Made by a program: the position numbers and the translations under genes. 32,000 nucleotides of DNA, from positions 2,102,161 through 2,134,160 of the forward strand of contig NZ_CM001976.1 of NCBI RefSeq assembly GCF_000406145.1, given 5' to 3'. The notes beneath the pieces were generated by a model. The model did not search any database, had not been told where the DNA came from, and was given only the letters and a program-made list of their open reading frames with translations. The stretch comes from Dickeya dadantii NCPPB 898 (GTDB taxonomy: Bacteria; Pseudomonadota; Gammaproteobacteria; Enterobacterales; Enterobacteriaceae). Position 1 is the first letter of the stretch; every line of letters begins with the position of its first letter. Below, in pieces: positions 8,895 to 18,914 of this stretch.

Positions 8895-10361
8895 TTAATC
8901 GCTGTGGGGGAGACGAACGATGTCCCGATGTTCGGCCTCCTGCGCCAGTGCGGCGATACGGCGCGCCATGCCGCGAAACACAAACAGATGCGCGGGCATC
9001 ATCAGGAACCAGTAACCCAGCCCGCTGCTGCCGGCAGGGTGCCACCAGGCGCGAACGTCCAGCACCCGATACGCGCCACGATCGTCAATAGAGAAAGCCA
9101 GTCGCCCCAGTCCGGGTGCTTTCATGCCAAACAGCAGTACCAGTTGCTGATGATGCCTGACCCGGATCACCTTCCAGCCGTTGACGAAGTCGCCTTCCAT
9201 CAACTCGGTTCGCTCCGGACGGCGGTAAATTACCTGATTGCCGCATAAATCATCTATTCGGGCGCGAACAGCCCACAGCAGGTTGGCGTAAAAATAGCCT
9301 TCCCGGCCACCGACCTGCTGGATGATTTGCCACAGTGCCTGACTGCTGGCGCCGGTTTTGTGGCTGTAACCCGCCTGCTTGGGGTAGAACGCGTAATTAG
9401 GTTGCCAGCGCGCCTGAACATCCGGGTCATATCCCCAGTCAGGGTGTTGCGCCGCGGCCTTTTCATCGGCCAGCGTGGTCTGCACCGCTTCATCAAACCC
9501 AATCAACCGTTGGGGAATCAGGCGGCGCAGTTCGCCGTCGTCCATCGGCAGATCGTGTCGCAACCCCTGCACCAGCGCCCGTGCGGTGGAACCGGAAACC
9601 GAGGTCACCATACTCAGAAACCAGGCCGATACCAGCCCGGTCGGCACCGGAATCGGCAGCAACAGACGACGTTTGCCGGTAATACGAATGAAACGTTCAA
9701 ACAGGGCTTGATAGCTGAGGTATTCCGGTCCGGCGGCATCAAAAACCCGATGGCTCTGTGCCGGGTAATTTCTCAGTTCCGTCAGGTAGGTGAGCAGGTT
9801 TTCCAGTGCAATCGGCGCGGATTTCGACCGCACCCAGCGCGGCGGCGTCAGCACCGGCAAATTGTTCACCATATCGCGCAGGATTTCGAATGCGGCGGAA
9901 CCGGGACCGACGATAATGCCGGCGCGCAGTTCGGTGACCGGAATGCCGCTGCTGCGCAGTATGTCGCCGGTCAGTTTGCGCGCCTGCATATGGGTGGACG
10001 GGTGACTCTCAGCCTGCGCCGAACCGAGATAGATGATCTGCCGGATCCGGCTGGTGCGCAGTACCTGACGCAGGTTTTGCGCCGACTGGTATTCCCGCTC
10101 CAGAAAATCGGCGCCGTCGCCCATGCTGTGCGCCAGATAATAGAGCGTGTCTGTCTGCCATAATCCTTCAGGCAGCGTGTATGGTTTCATCAGATCAACG
10201 TATTCACAGCGTATGCCGGGAAGATTCAGGGCCGCCAGCGAATCGATGTGACGCGAGGCGGCAATCACCGTTTGACCCTGCTGGCTGAGGCGTGTGAGGA
10301 GGTGACGGCCAATGTAGCCGCTGGCGCCAAGGATAAGAATCGGGGCGGGTCTGATGGTCAT
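8895..10361 (-). CDS. ybjT: NAD(P)-binding SDR/NmrA-like protein with C-terminal DUF2867 (YbjT)
   Basis: The 488-aa ORF has an N-terminal Rossmann motif (ILILGASGYIGRHL). It is collinear with remembered E. coli YbjT (..VTELRAGIIVG.GSAAFE..RDMV.NLPVLTPPRWVRS...PIALENLL.YL.. and ..LLFGMKAPGLGRL.FS..D.G.YR.LDVRA.WHP..). Confidence 0.85.
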   Translation of the reverse strand: MTIRPAPILILGASGYIGRHLLTRLSQQGQTVIAASRHIDSLAALNLPGIRCEYVDLMKPYTLPEGLWQTDTLYYLAHSMGDGADFLEREYQSAQNLRQVLRTSRIRQIIYLGSAQAESHPSTHMQARKLTGDILRSSGIPVTELRAGIIVGPGSAAFEILRDMVNNLPVLTPPRWVRSKSAPIALENLLTYLTELRNYPAQSHRVFDAAGPEYLSYQALFERFIRITGKRRLLLPIPVPTGLVSAWFLSMVTSVSGSTARALVQGLRHDLPMDDGELRRLIPQRLIGFDEAVQTTLADEKAAAQHPDWGYDPDVQARWQPNYAFYPKQAGYSHKTGASSQALWQIIQQVGGREGYFYANLLWAVRARIDDLCGNQVIYRRPERTELMEGDFVNGWKVIRVRHHQQLVLLFGMKAPGLGRLAFSIDDRGAYRVLDVRAWWHPAGSSGLGYWFLMMPAHLFVFRGMARRIAALAQEAEHRDIVRLPHSD

Positions 10362-10436
10362 GATGGTGTTTGCTCCTGCTACAACAGCGCGATTGAAACT
10401 GCAGCGGTGTCCCTGTCGATGTTCACACCCACAATA

Positions 10437-10618
10437 TCCCCGTCATACTTCAAGTTGCAGGTACGTTGGCTGTCCACGTTCCCCCATCACTGACTGATGT
10501 AAGCGCCTGGGGATTCACTCGGTTGCCGCGTTACAAGGCTCAAAATGAGCCTTGCCCTAGAGGGCCAACGCCTGGCGTTTTTCAATACGCCAGCGTGTTG
10601 TCCTGCAACTCGAATTAT
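10437..10618 (-). mobile_element. ERIC / IRU miniature repeat element, enlarged variant (about 180 bp)
   Basis: The reverse complement contains GTGAATCCCCAGGCGCTTACATCAGTCAGTGATGGGG, which corresponds to the ERIC core GTGAATCCCCAGGAGCTTACATAAGTAAGTGACTGGGG. The terminal inverted repeats are CATACTTCAAGTTGCAGG (10443-10460) and CCTGCAACTCGAATTATTTT (10602-10621). About 55-70 bp of extra internal sequence lies at roughly 10530-10600. Confidence 0.85.
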
Positions 10619-10702
10619 TTTGGCTATGCACATTTAATACAGCGTAGGCTGTGCCTCGTAATATACATGACACAGCCTAATATAACTGGAAGCAGAAGGA
10701 GG

Positions 10703-10742
10703 AAAAACCCCGCTTTAACGATTTCTTAACGAAAATGCGGGG
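10703..10742 (-). terminator. Possible terminator downstream of hcr (weak)
   Basis: The minus strand reads ACCCCGC-(23 nt)-GCGGGGTTTTT. The stem is 7 bp and is followed by T5, but the loop is unusually long. Confidence 0.4.
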
Positions 10743-10790
10743 TGGATTCAGGGCGTGATGTATGCCGCATGGCAAGGATGGGCGGGAAAA

Positions 10791-11798
10791 TCAGACCAGT
10801 TCGACATCGCCTTGTAACTGGCAACTGCAGGCCAGCACATAGCCGCTTTCAATTTCGTCGGGCGTCAGCGTCATGGTGCTGGTGGTGGTGTAACTGCCGC
10901 TGAGAATACGGGTTTTGCAACTGCCGCACACGCCGGCGCGACAGGCGGCGTTCACCGGCAACTGGTGGCTTTCCAGCGCAGCCAGCAGGCTGATGCCGAC
11001 CGGAACTTTCAACTGCTGTAACGTATGGCGGATAGTCATGGTGAGCTGTTCGCCATCGCCGTCCACGGTGCTATCCGGCGCGCCGAACTGTTCCTTGAAG
11101 ATACGATCGCGTGGAACGCCGGCCTGCAGGCAAAACGTTTCCACCTGCTGCATATAGGGTTGCGGGCCGCAGGTCATCACGGTGCGAGTGGCGAGATCCG
11201 GCACCTGTTGCGACAGTACTGACTCAGTAAGGCGGCCGCTGAGAAAACCGGCTTCAGCCTGCTGTTCCGCCATCAGGGTCAACCGTAGTTGCTGTGGGTA
11301 ACGCTGGCGGAGTGCTTGCCATTCATCGGCGAAAATCACGTGTTGCGGGGAGCGGACATTGAAGATGACCTGAATATCCGTGTGCGGTCGATTGACCAGC
11401 AGCCAGCGCGTCATCGACATGATCGGCGTAACGCCGCAGCCTGCCGCCAGCATCAGGTAACGGTCGCTGACGGCGCGGGTGCAGGTGAATTCACCTTGCG
11501 CATCGGAGATCCACAGATAGTCGCCGGGCTTCACCTGTTCGGTCAGCCAGCGCGAGCCGGTGCCGTTTTCCAGCCGACGTACCGTGAAGGTGATGAACGG
11601 GCTCAGTCCGGGCGAAGAAGACAGGGTATAAGCGCGCAGCGTTTCACTGCTGTTGGCGATGCTGACCAGCGCGTACTGGCCGGGCTGCCAGGGATAAAAG
11701 TCATGGCTGATCAGGGAAAGCGTCCATACATCCGGCGTTTCCTGATGAAGAGAGTGCACCTGCATGCGGTTAGGGCACTGCGGGGTAGGCATGGTCAT
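10791..11798 (-). CDS. hcr: NADH oxidoreductase Hcr (FAD/NAD-binding plus 2Fe-2S ferredoxin domain), partner of Hcp
   Basis: MTMPTPQCPNRMQVHSLHQETPDVWTLSLI matches E. coli Hcr (MTMPTSQCPWRMQVHHITQETPDVWTISLI). The C-terminal 2Fe-2S motif is CRAGVCGSCKT...C. An alternative start at 11810 would add META. Both candidate starts have Shine-Dalgarno-like sequences. Confidence 0.88.
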   Translation of the reverse strand: MTMPTPQCPNRMQVHSLHQETPDVWTLSLISHDFYPWQPGQYALVSIANSSETLRAYTLSSSPGLSPFITFTVRRLENGTGSRWLTEQVKPGDYLWISDAQGEFTCTRAVSDRYLMLAAGCGVTPIMSMTRWLLVNRPHTDIQVIFNVRSPQHVIFADEWQALRQRYPQQLRLTLMAEQQAEAGFLSGRLTESVLSQQVPDLATRTVMTCGPQPYMQQVETFCLQAGVPRDRIFKEQFGAPDSTVDGDGEQLTMTIRHTLQQLKVPVGISLLAALESHQLPVNAACRAGVCGSCKTRILSGSYTTTSTMTLTPDEIESGYVLACSCQLQGDVELV

Positions 11799-11816
11799 GG
11801 CGGTCTCCATAACAAC

Positions 11817-11841
11817 CTTCCGCCATACGGCGGCGGAAGGC
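11817..11841 (-). other. Perfect 9-bp stem / 7-nt loop hairpin in the hcp-hcr intercistronic spacer
   Basis: The minus strand reads CCTTCCGCC-GCCGTAT-GGCGGAAGG, immediately followed by TTGTTATG. The 3' arm contains the GGAAGG Shine-Dalgarno-like sequence of the 11810 start. Confidence 0.7.
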
Positions 11842-11857
11842 GAAGGTCAACAAAAAA

Positions 11858-13510
11858 TCAGGCGGTGAGGATGTCTTTGAGATCCTGTTCCACGGTGGTG
11901 ATGGCGCGCATGCCGAACTTCTCGTTCAGAATCGCCAGCAGCGACGGGGTCAGGAAACCGGGTGCCGTCGGACCGGTATAAATATTTTTCACGCCCAGCG
12001 CCAGCAACGTCAGCAGGATGACAATGGCTTTCTGTTCAAACCAGGAAAGCACCAGACTCAGCGGCAGGTCGTTAACGCCGCAGCCCAGTTTTTCCGCCAG
12101 ATTGACCGCCAGCATGATGGCGGCGTAGGCGTCGTTGCACTGACCGACATCCAGCAGACGCGGCAAGCCTTCCAGCGTGCCGAAGTCCAGTTTATTGAAG
12201 CGGTATTTACCGCAGGCCAGCGTCATGATCAGGCAGTCTTGCGGTACGTTGAGCGTAAAATCGGTGTAGTAGCTGCGTTCGGTGCGGCTGCCGTCGCAAC
12301 CGCCGACCAGAAAGACGTGGCGCAGTTTCTTGCTGGCGACCAGATCAATCACCGTATCGGCGGCGCTCAACAGGGTCTGGCGGCCGAAACCGACGGTAAT
12401 CAGGTGCTCGATTTCACTGTACGGGAACCCCGGCAGTTGCTGCGCCTGCGCGATCACCGTGCTGAAATCATCGCCTTCGAGGTGCTGCGCGCCCGGCCAG
12501 CCGACGATGCTGCGGGTCCAGATACGGTCGGTGTATTGGCCGACATTCGGATCGATGATGCAGTTGGAGGTCATCACGATCGGGCCGGGGAATTTGGCGA
12601 ATTCGGTTTGCTGATTTTGCCAGCCGCTGCCGTAGTTGCCGACCAGATGGGAAAATTTCTTCAGTTCCGGATAGCCGTGCGCCGGCAGCATTTCGCCGTG
12701 GGTGTAGATATTGATGCCGGTGCCTTCGGTCTGTTCCAGCAGCATACGCAGGTCTTTCAGGTCATGGCCGGAAATCAGAATCGCTTTGCCCGCCACCGGG
12801 CGTACGTTAACCTGAGTCGGCTGCGGATGACCGTAGGCGGAGGTTTCCCCCTGATCCAGTATCGCCATCACGCCGAAATTCATTTTGCCGATAGCCAGCG
12901 CGTTGCCGAGCAGGGTATCGACATCGGTGGGCGCGGTGCCGAGCCAGGCCATAAACGCGTGGTAGTCGGCATATAGTGCGTCATCGTGCTGCCCCAGCAC
13001 ATGCGCGTGTTCCATATAAGCAGCGGCGCCTTTCAGGCCATACAAGCACAGCATGCGCAGCCCGTGGATATCTTCGCCAATAGCGGCTTTATCTTTATTC
13101 AGCGCAAACTCGGCAGCTTGTTGCTGCAGCGTCGGGATGTCGTCGCCGGCCAGTTGCAGTTCCGCCATCGGATGGTCGACCGCGATAGCGGCGTCCAGCA
13201 GCCGGCAGCGGGTTGCCAGCCCCTGACGCAGACGAATCGCCTCGCGGGCATAGCCGATGATACGCGGTGAATCAAAGTTCACGTTAGTCAGAGTAGAGAA
13301 GAAGGCGCGGGGAGCAAAACTGTCGATCTCGTGGTCGATGATGCCCAGTGCGCGTGCCTGCAACGCCCAGGCAGACAACCCCTGGAGTACGGCGACCAGC
13401 AGATCCTGCAGGTCAGAAGTTTCGGCGGTCTTGCCGCACATGCCTTGCGCGTAGGCGCAGCCGTTACTGGCCGGGGTCCGGATGGTCTGTTCACATTGCA
13501 CACAATACAT
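11858..13510 (-). CDS. hcp: Hybrid-cluster protein / hydroxylamine (NO) reductase Hcp
   Basis: The 550-aa ORF begins [38 protein letters not shown], nearly identical to E. coli Hcp, which has the same length. GGAAG lies 6 nt upstream of the ATG. Confidence 0.95.
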   Translation of the reverse strand: MYCVQCEQTIRTPASNGCAYAQGMCGKTAETSDLQDLLVAVLQGLSAWALQARALGIIDHEIDSFAPRAFFSTLTNVNFDSPRIIGYAREAIRLRQGLATRCRLLDAAIAVDHPMAELQLAGDDIPTLQQQAAEFALNKDKAAIGEDIHGLRMLCLYGLKGAAAYMEHAHVLGQHDDALYADYHAFMAWLGTAPTDVDTLLGNALAIGKMNFGVMAILDQGETSAYGHPQPTQVNVRPVAGKAILISGHDLKDLRMLLEQTEGTGINIYTHGEMLPAHGYPELKKFSHLVGNYGSGWQNQQTEFAKFPGPIVMTSNCIIDPNVGQYTDRIWTRSIVGWPGAQHLEGDDFSTVIAQAQQLPGFPYSEIEHLITVGFGRQTLLSAADTVIDLVASKKLRHVFLVGGCDGSRTERSYYTDFTLNVPQDCLIMTLACGKYRFNKLDFGTLEGLPRLLDVGQCNDAYAAIMLAVNLAEKLGCGVNDLPLSLVLSWFEQKAIVILLTLLALGVKNIYTGPTAPGFLTPSLLAILNEKFGMRAITTVEQDLKDILTA

Positions 13511-13527
13511 AATGGCTTCCTTTTTTA

Positions 13528-13550
13528 AAGTTGCATTTATAATGCTTGTT
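13528..13550 (-). promoter_or_regulatory. Candidate NsrR operator (11-1-11 inverted repeat) in the hcp leader/promoter
   Basis: AAGTTGCATTT-A-TAATGCTTGTT compares with the remembered NsrR consensus AAGATGCATTT-N-AAATGCATCTT, matching 10/11 and 8/11. hcp is a core NsrR regulon member in E. coli. Confidence 0.5.
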
Positions 13551-13611
13551 TAAAAGCATAGAACGGTTGCCGATGTCTAAAAAGATCTTTTATAGGCAAT
13601 TTAAGGCGAAG

Positions 13612-13625
13612 TTGATTTAGCGCAA
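13612..13625 (-). promoter_or_regulatory. Candidate FNR site upstream of hcp
   Basis: TTGAT-TTAG-CGCAA compares with the consensus TTGAT-N4-ATCAA: one perfect half-site and one 3/5 half-site. The centre lies about 108 bp upstream of the hcp ATG. A TATGCT -10-like hexamer would place the site near -70, similar to the distal FNR site remembered for E. coli hcp. Confidence 0.4.
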
Positions 13626-13761
13626 TTTTACTTGTGGATGACAATCACTCGCATTCACAGGGCATTTTTATGCGTCGCGAGGCAGATCCGAGGCGTAGGG
13701 CTTGACCCTGCCGCGTTTTTATCGTCATTCTCGTGAGAAGACCACAGATCAGGAGGCACGG

Positions 13762-15423
13762 ATGTATCTGGAAAGAGTCGAGATTCTTGGATTCCGTGGT
13801 ATTAACCGACTGTCGCTGACGCTGGACGAGAATACCGTGCTGATAGGCGAAAACGCCTGGGGTAAGTCCAGCCTGCTGGATGCGCTCTCGCTGTTGCTGA
13901 CGCCGTCGCCGCCGCTTTATCACTTCGATTTGCAGGATTTTCATTTTACGCCGGGTGACGAAACCAGCCGCGAGCGTCACCTGCAGGTAATCTTCACGTT
14001 CTGTGAATCTGCGCCCGGCCACCATCTGGCTCCCCGTTACCGTTCGTTATCGCCGGTTTGGATCAAGGGCGAAGGGCGGTTGCATCGCATTTTCTATCGG
14101 CTGGAAGGGGAAATGGATGAAAGTCAGGCGATCTTTACCTGGCGCAGCTTTCTTGATGCCAATGGTCAGGCGCTGCCGCTGGACAATATCGACTGGCTGG
14201 CCGGTGAAGTGATTCGCCTGCATCCGGTGCTGCGGCTACGCGACGCCCGTTTTATTCGCCGTTTCCGCACCGGCACGTTGATGCCGCAAATCGATGATAA
14301 CGATCGGCTATCGCGCCAGTTTGAGACGCTGGTGCGTGAGCTGGCGCAAAATCCCAACCGGCTGACTAACCAAGAGTTGCGACAGGGGCTGGTGGCGATG
14401 CGCCAACTGGTCGAGCACTATTTTTCCGAACAGGGCGCGGATCCGAACGATCGGCGCCACCATCGCCACGCGCGCGCAGGCAATGGTCGGGCATGGCGCT
14501 CGCTGGATAACATCAACCGCATGATTTCCGGCCCCAACAGCCGTAGTCGCCGTATTATCCTGCTGGAGCTGTTTTCTACCCTGCTGCAGGCCAAGGGTTC
14601 CGCGGCGCTTGATCCGCACGCCCGTCCGTTGCTGCTGATTGAAGACCCGGAAACCCGGCTGCACCCGATCATGCTGTCGGTGGCGTGGGGGCTGCTGACG
14701 CAGTTGCCGCTGCAAAAAATCACCACTACCAATTCCGGCGAACTGCTGTCGCTGGTGCCGGTAGAACAGGTTTGCCGTCTGGTGCGCGAATCGGCGAAGG
14801 TCGCTACTTACCGTATCGGCCGTCAGGGCATGACCCAGGAAGATAGCCGCCGCATTACCTTCCACATTCGGTTTAATCGTCCGGCGTCGCTATTCGCGCG
14901 TTGCTGGCTGTTGGTGGAAGGCGAAACCGAAGTCTGGATGCTCAATGAACTGGCGCGCCAATGCGGGCATCACTTCGAAGCGGAAGGGGTGAGGGTGATC
15001 GAGTTTGCTCAGGTGGGGCTGAAACCGCTGCTGAAATTCGCCTATCGTATGGGCATCGAATGGCATGTGCTGGTGGATGGCGATGACGCCGGGAAAAAAT
15101 ACGCCGCCACGGCCCGTAGCCTGCTGCAAGCGCAGAATGAGTCCGAACGCGACCATTTGACCGTGCTGCCGGCGCTAGATATGGAGCATTTCATGTATCG
15201 TAACGGCTTTAGTCAGGTTTATCACCGGGTGGCGCAGTTACCTGAACCGGTGCCGCTGTCGGCGGCCAAAGTCATCACCAAAGCGATTCACCGAACATCC
15301 AAACCGGATCTGGCGATTGAAGTGGCGCTGGAGGCGGCGTCTCTGGGGGAGTCAGCCATCCCGCCATTGATTCGCGGTATGTTTTCGCGGGTATTGTGGT
15401 TGGCGCGTGGGCGGGCGGATTAG
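13762..15423 (+). CDS. ybjD: OLD-family ATP-dependent endonuclease homolog YbjD (N-terminal ABC-type ATPase, C-terminal Toprim)
   Basis: MYLERVEILGFRGINRLSLTL matches E. coli YbjD (MILERVEIVGFRGINRLSLML). Walker A is GENAWGKS. The Toprim-like acidic motifs are LLVEGETE and VDGDDAGKKY. The product is 553 aa against 552 aa in E. coli. AGGAGG lies at 13751-13756. The 20 upstream codons in the ORF track were rejected. Confidence 0.9.
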   Translation: MYLERVEILGFRGINRLSLTLDENTVLIGENAWGKSSLLDALSLLLTPSPPLYHFDLQDFHFTPGDETSRERHLQVIFTFCESAPGHHLAPRYRSLSPVWIKGEGRLHRIFYRLEGEMDESQAIFTWRSFLDANGQALPLDNIDWLAGEVIRLHPVLRLRDARFIRRFRTGTLMPQIDDNDRLSRQFETLVRELAQNPNRLTNQELRQGLVAMRQLVEHYFSEQGADPNDRRHHRHARAGNGRAWRSLDNINRMISGPNSRSRRIILLELFSTLLQAKGSAALDPHARPLLLIEDPETRLHPIMLSVAWGLLTQLPLQKITTTNSGELLSLVPVEQVCRLVRESAKVATYRIGRQGMTQEDSRRITFHIRFNRPASLFARCWLLVEGETEVWMLNELARQCGHHFEAEGVRVIEFAQVGLKPLLKFAYRMGIEWHVLVDGDDAGKKYAATARSLLQAQNESERDHLTVLPALDMEHFMYRNGFSQVYHRVAQLPEPVPLSAAKVITKAIHRTSKPDLAIEVALEAASLGESAIPPLIRGMFSRVLWLARGRAD

Positions 15424-15470
15424 GCATGTTAAACGACTGAACAGACCTGTCGCGTGAAGAGGAAATAAAG

Positions 15471-15497
15471 AATGCCGGTCGCCCGGCGACCGGCATT
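15471..15497 (-). terminator. Terminator hairpin between convergent ybjD and cspD
   Basis: AATGCCGGTCGC-CCG-GCGACCGGCATT forms a perfect 12-bp stem. On the minus strand it is followed by CTTTATTTCC, so it serves cspD. The plus-strand tail is weaker (GGACTCGTTTG). Confidence 0.75.
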
Positions 15498-15559
15498 GGA
15501 CTCGTTTGACCTGGTCACAGTAATTAAAGGAGAAAGACCGGAAAGCGTGGGGTGAACAT

Positions 15560-15781
15560 TCAGGCGACCGTTTCGCCGGCTACCGGCACGATCAGACTGG
15601 CGTGGTTTCCTTTCGGCCCCTGGTGCACGGTGAATTGCACCACCTGGCCTGCTTTCAGCGTCCTGTAGCCGTCCATCTGAATAGTTGAATAGTGGGCGAA
15701 GATATCTTCACCGCCGCTCTCGGGACAAATAAAGCCAAAGCCTTTGGCGTTATTGAACCATTTAACAGTACCTGTCTCCAT
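15560..15781 (-). CDS. cspD: Stationary-phase cold-shock-domain protein CspD (replication inhibitor)
   Basis: The 73-aa product begins METGTVKWFNNAKGFGFICPESGGEDIFAHYSTIQMDGYRTLKAGQ, nearly identical to E. coli CspD. Confidence 0.95.
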   Translation of the reverse strand: METGTVKWFNNAKGFGFICPESGGEDIFAHYSTIQMDGYRTLKAGQVVQFTVHQGPKGNHASLIVPVAGETVA

Positions 15782-16104
15782 GCATCTTCATCCTTCGCTA
15801 GAGTGTTCTCTAAGGTGAGGTTATTGGGTTAAGGCAAAACCAAATTGATTAAATCAGCATCAATCCAATTCTACACTCTAGTGAAATCGCCCTTGCCGTC
15901 AAGCATCCAAATCCGACACTTTGCTGCAGGTTTGTGAAAATTTGATACAGGTAACGCTATCGGCGGCTTTTATTGCCGTTAATATCAGGAAGGGCGCGTT
16001 TGGGGGGGCTGAGCGATTTTGACCGGGCGGTGATACAATAAAAATCAGGCATGCTGCTGTGAAAACAGTCAGCGGATAAGTATCAGAACTGATTTGGATA
16101 GAAG

Positions 16105-16425
16105 ATGGGAAATCATAGTATCGGGACACAGACCGACGACCTGACCAAAGAACATAATGCTGAAGCCTTACAGCCGCCATCGATGTATAAAGTGATACTT
16201 AACAACGATGATTACACGCCGATGGAATTTGTTATTGACGTTCTGCAAAAGTTCTTTTCTTATGATATTGAACGTGCAACGCAACTGATGCTTACGGTTC
16301 ACTATCAGGGCAAGGCCATCTGCGGCGTCTACAGCGCCGAGGTGGCTGAAACCAAGGTAGCGCAGGTGAACCGTTATGCCCGGGAGAACGAGCATCCATT
16401 GCTTTGTACGCTGGAAAAAGCCTGA
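16105..16425 (+). CDS. clpS: ATP-dependent Clp protease adaptor ClpS
   Basis: The 106-aa ORF contains [76 protein letters not shown], which matches E. coli ClpS. Confidence 0.95.
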   Translation: MGNHSIGTQTDDLTKEHNAEALQPPSMYKVILNNDDYTPMEFVIDVLQKFFSYDIERATQLMLTVHYQGKAICGVYSAEVAETKVAQVNRYARENEHPLLCTLEKA

Positions 16426-16453
16426 ATAGGGCAATTTATTGGGGGAGGTGCCT

Positions 16454-18730
<2,277 letters not shown>

Positions 18731-18766
18731 GTGAATTGAATACGTCGTCACGCTAACAACGCAAAA

Positions 18767-18789
18767 GGGCATCGTCAGATGCCCTTTTT
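18767..18789 (+). terminator. Rho-independent terminator of clpSA
   Basis: GGGCATC-GTCA-GATGCCC is followed by TTTTT, 37 nt after the clpA stop. Confidence 0.85.
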
Positions 18790-18794
18790 CATGT

Positions 18795-18824
18795 CGTTTA
18801 TCACTGAATCGTTCATCACTGAAT
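18795..18824. repeat. 2 x 15-bp tandem repeat CGTTYATCACTGAAT, with a degenerate third copy near 18841-18855
   Basis: Read directly from the sequence: CGTTTATCACTGAAT at 18795-18809 and CGTTCATCACTGAAT at 18810-18824. A related CATCGTCTGAAT lies further downstream. Confidence 0.8.
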
Positions 18825-18892
18825 TCGGCGATGGCGCGTCGCATCGTCTGAATTGATAGGCGGGTAAGTAACGAATACCCTTAAAATGCAAA

Positions 18893-18914
18893 CGCCCTCA
18901 CCGAAAGGTAAGGG
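18893..18914 (-). terminator. Probable infA terminator
   Basis: The minus strand reads GCCCTTACC-TTTC-GGTGAGGGC, a 9-bp stem with one mismatch or wobble. It is followed by GTTTGCATTTT, about 50 nt after the infA stop. Confidence 0.6.

Noticed and set aside
10466-10729. An 87-aa ORF on the plus strand in the ybjT-hcr spacer, and an AAGGAGG sequence at 10696-10702.
   Set aside because: The ORF is read straight through the ERIC element and hairpins and has no Shine-Dalgarno sequence. The AAGGAGG is not followed by any start codon within 5-12 nt. It is better explained as the complement of the T-rich tail of the putative hcr terminator.
15899-16180. A 93-aa minus-strand ORF in the cspD-clpS spacer that overlaps the clpS start.
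   Set aside because: It has no Shine-Dalgarno sequence, a low-complexity translation, and overlaps the clpS initiation region. This region is expected to carry the divergent cspD and clpS promoters.
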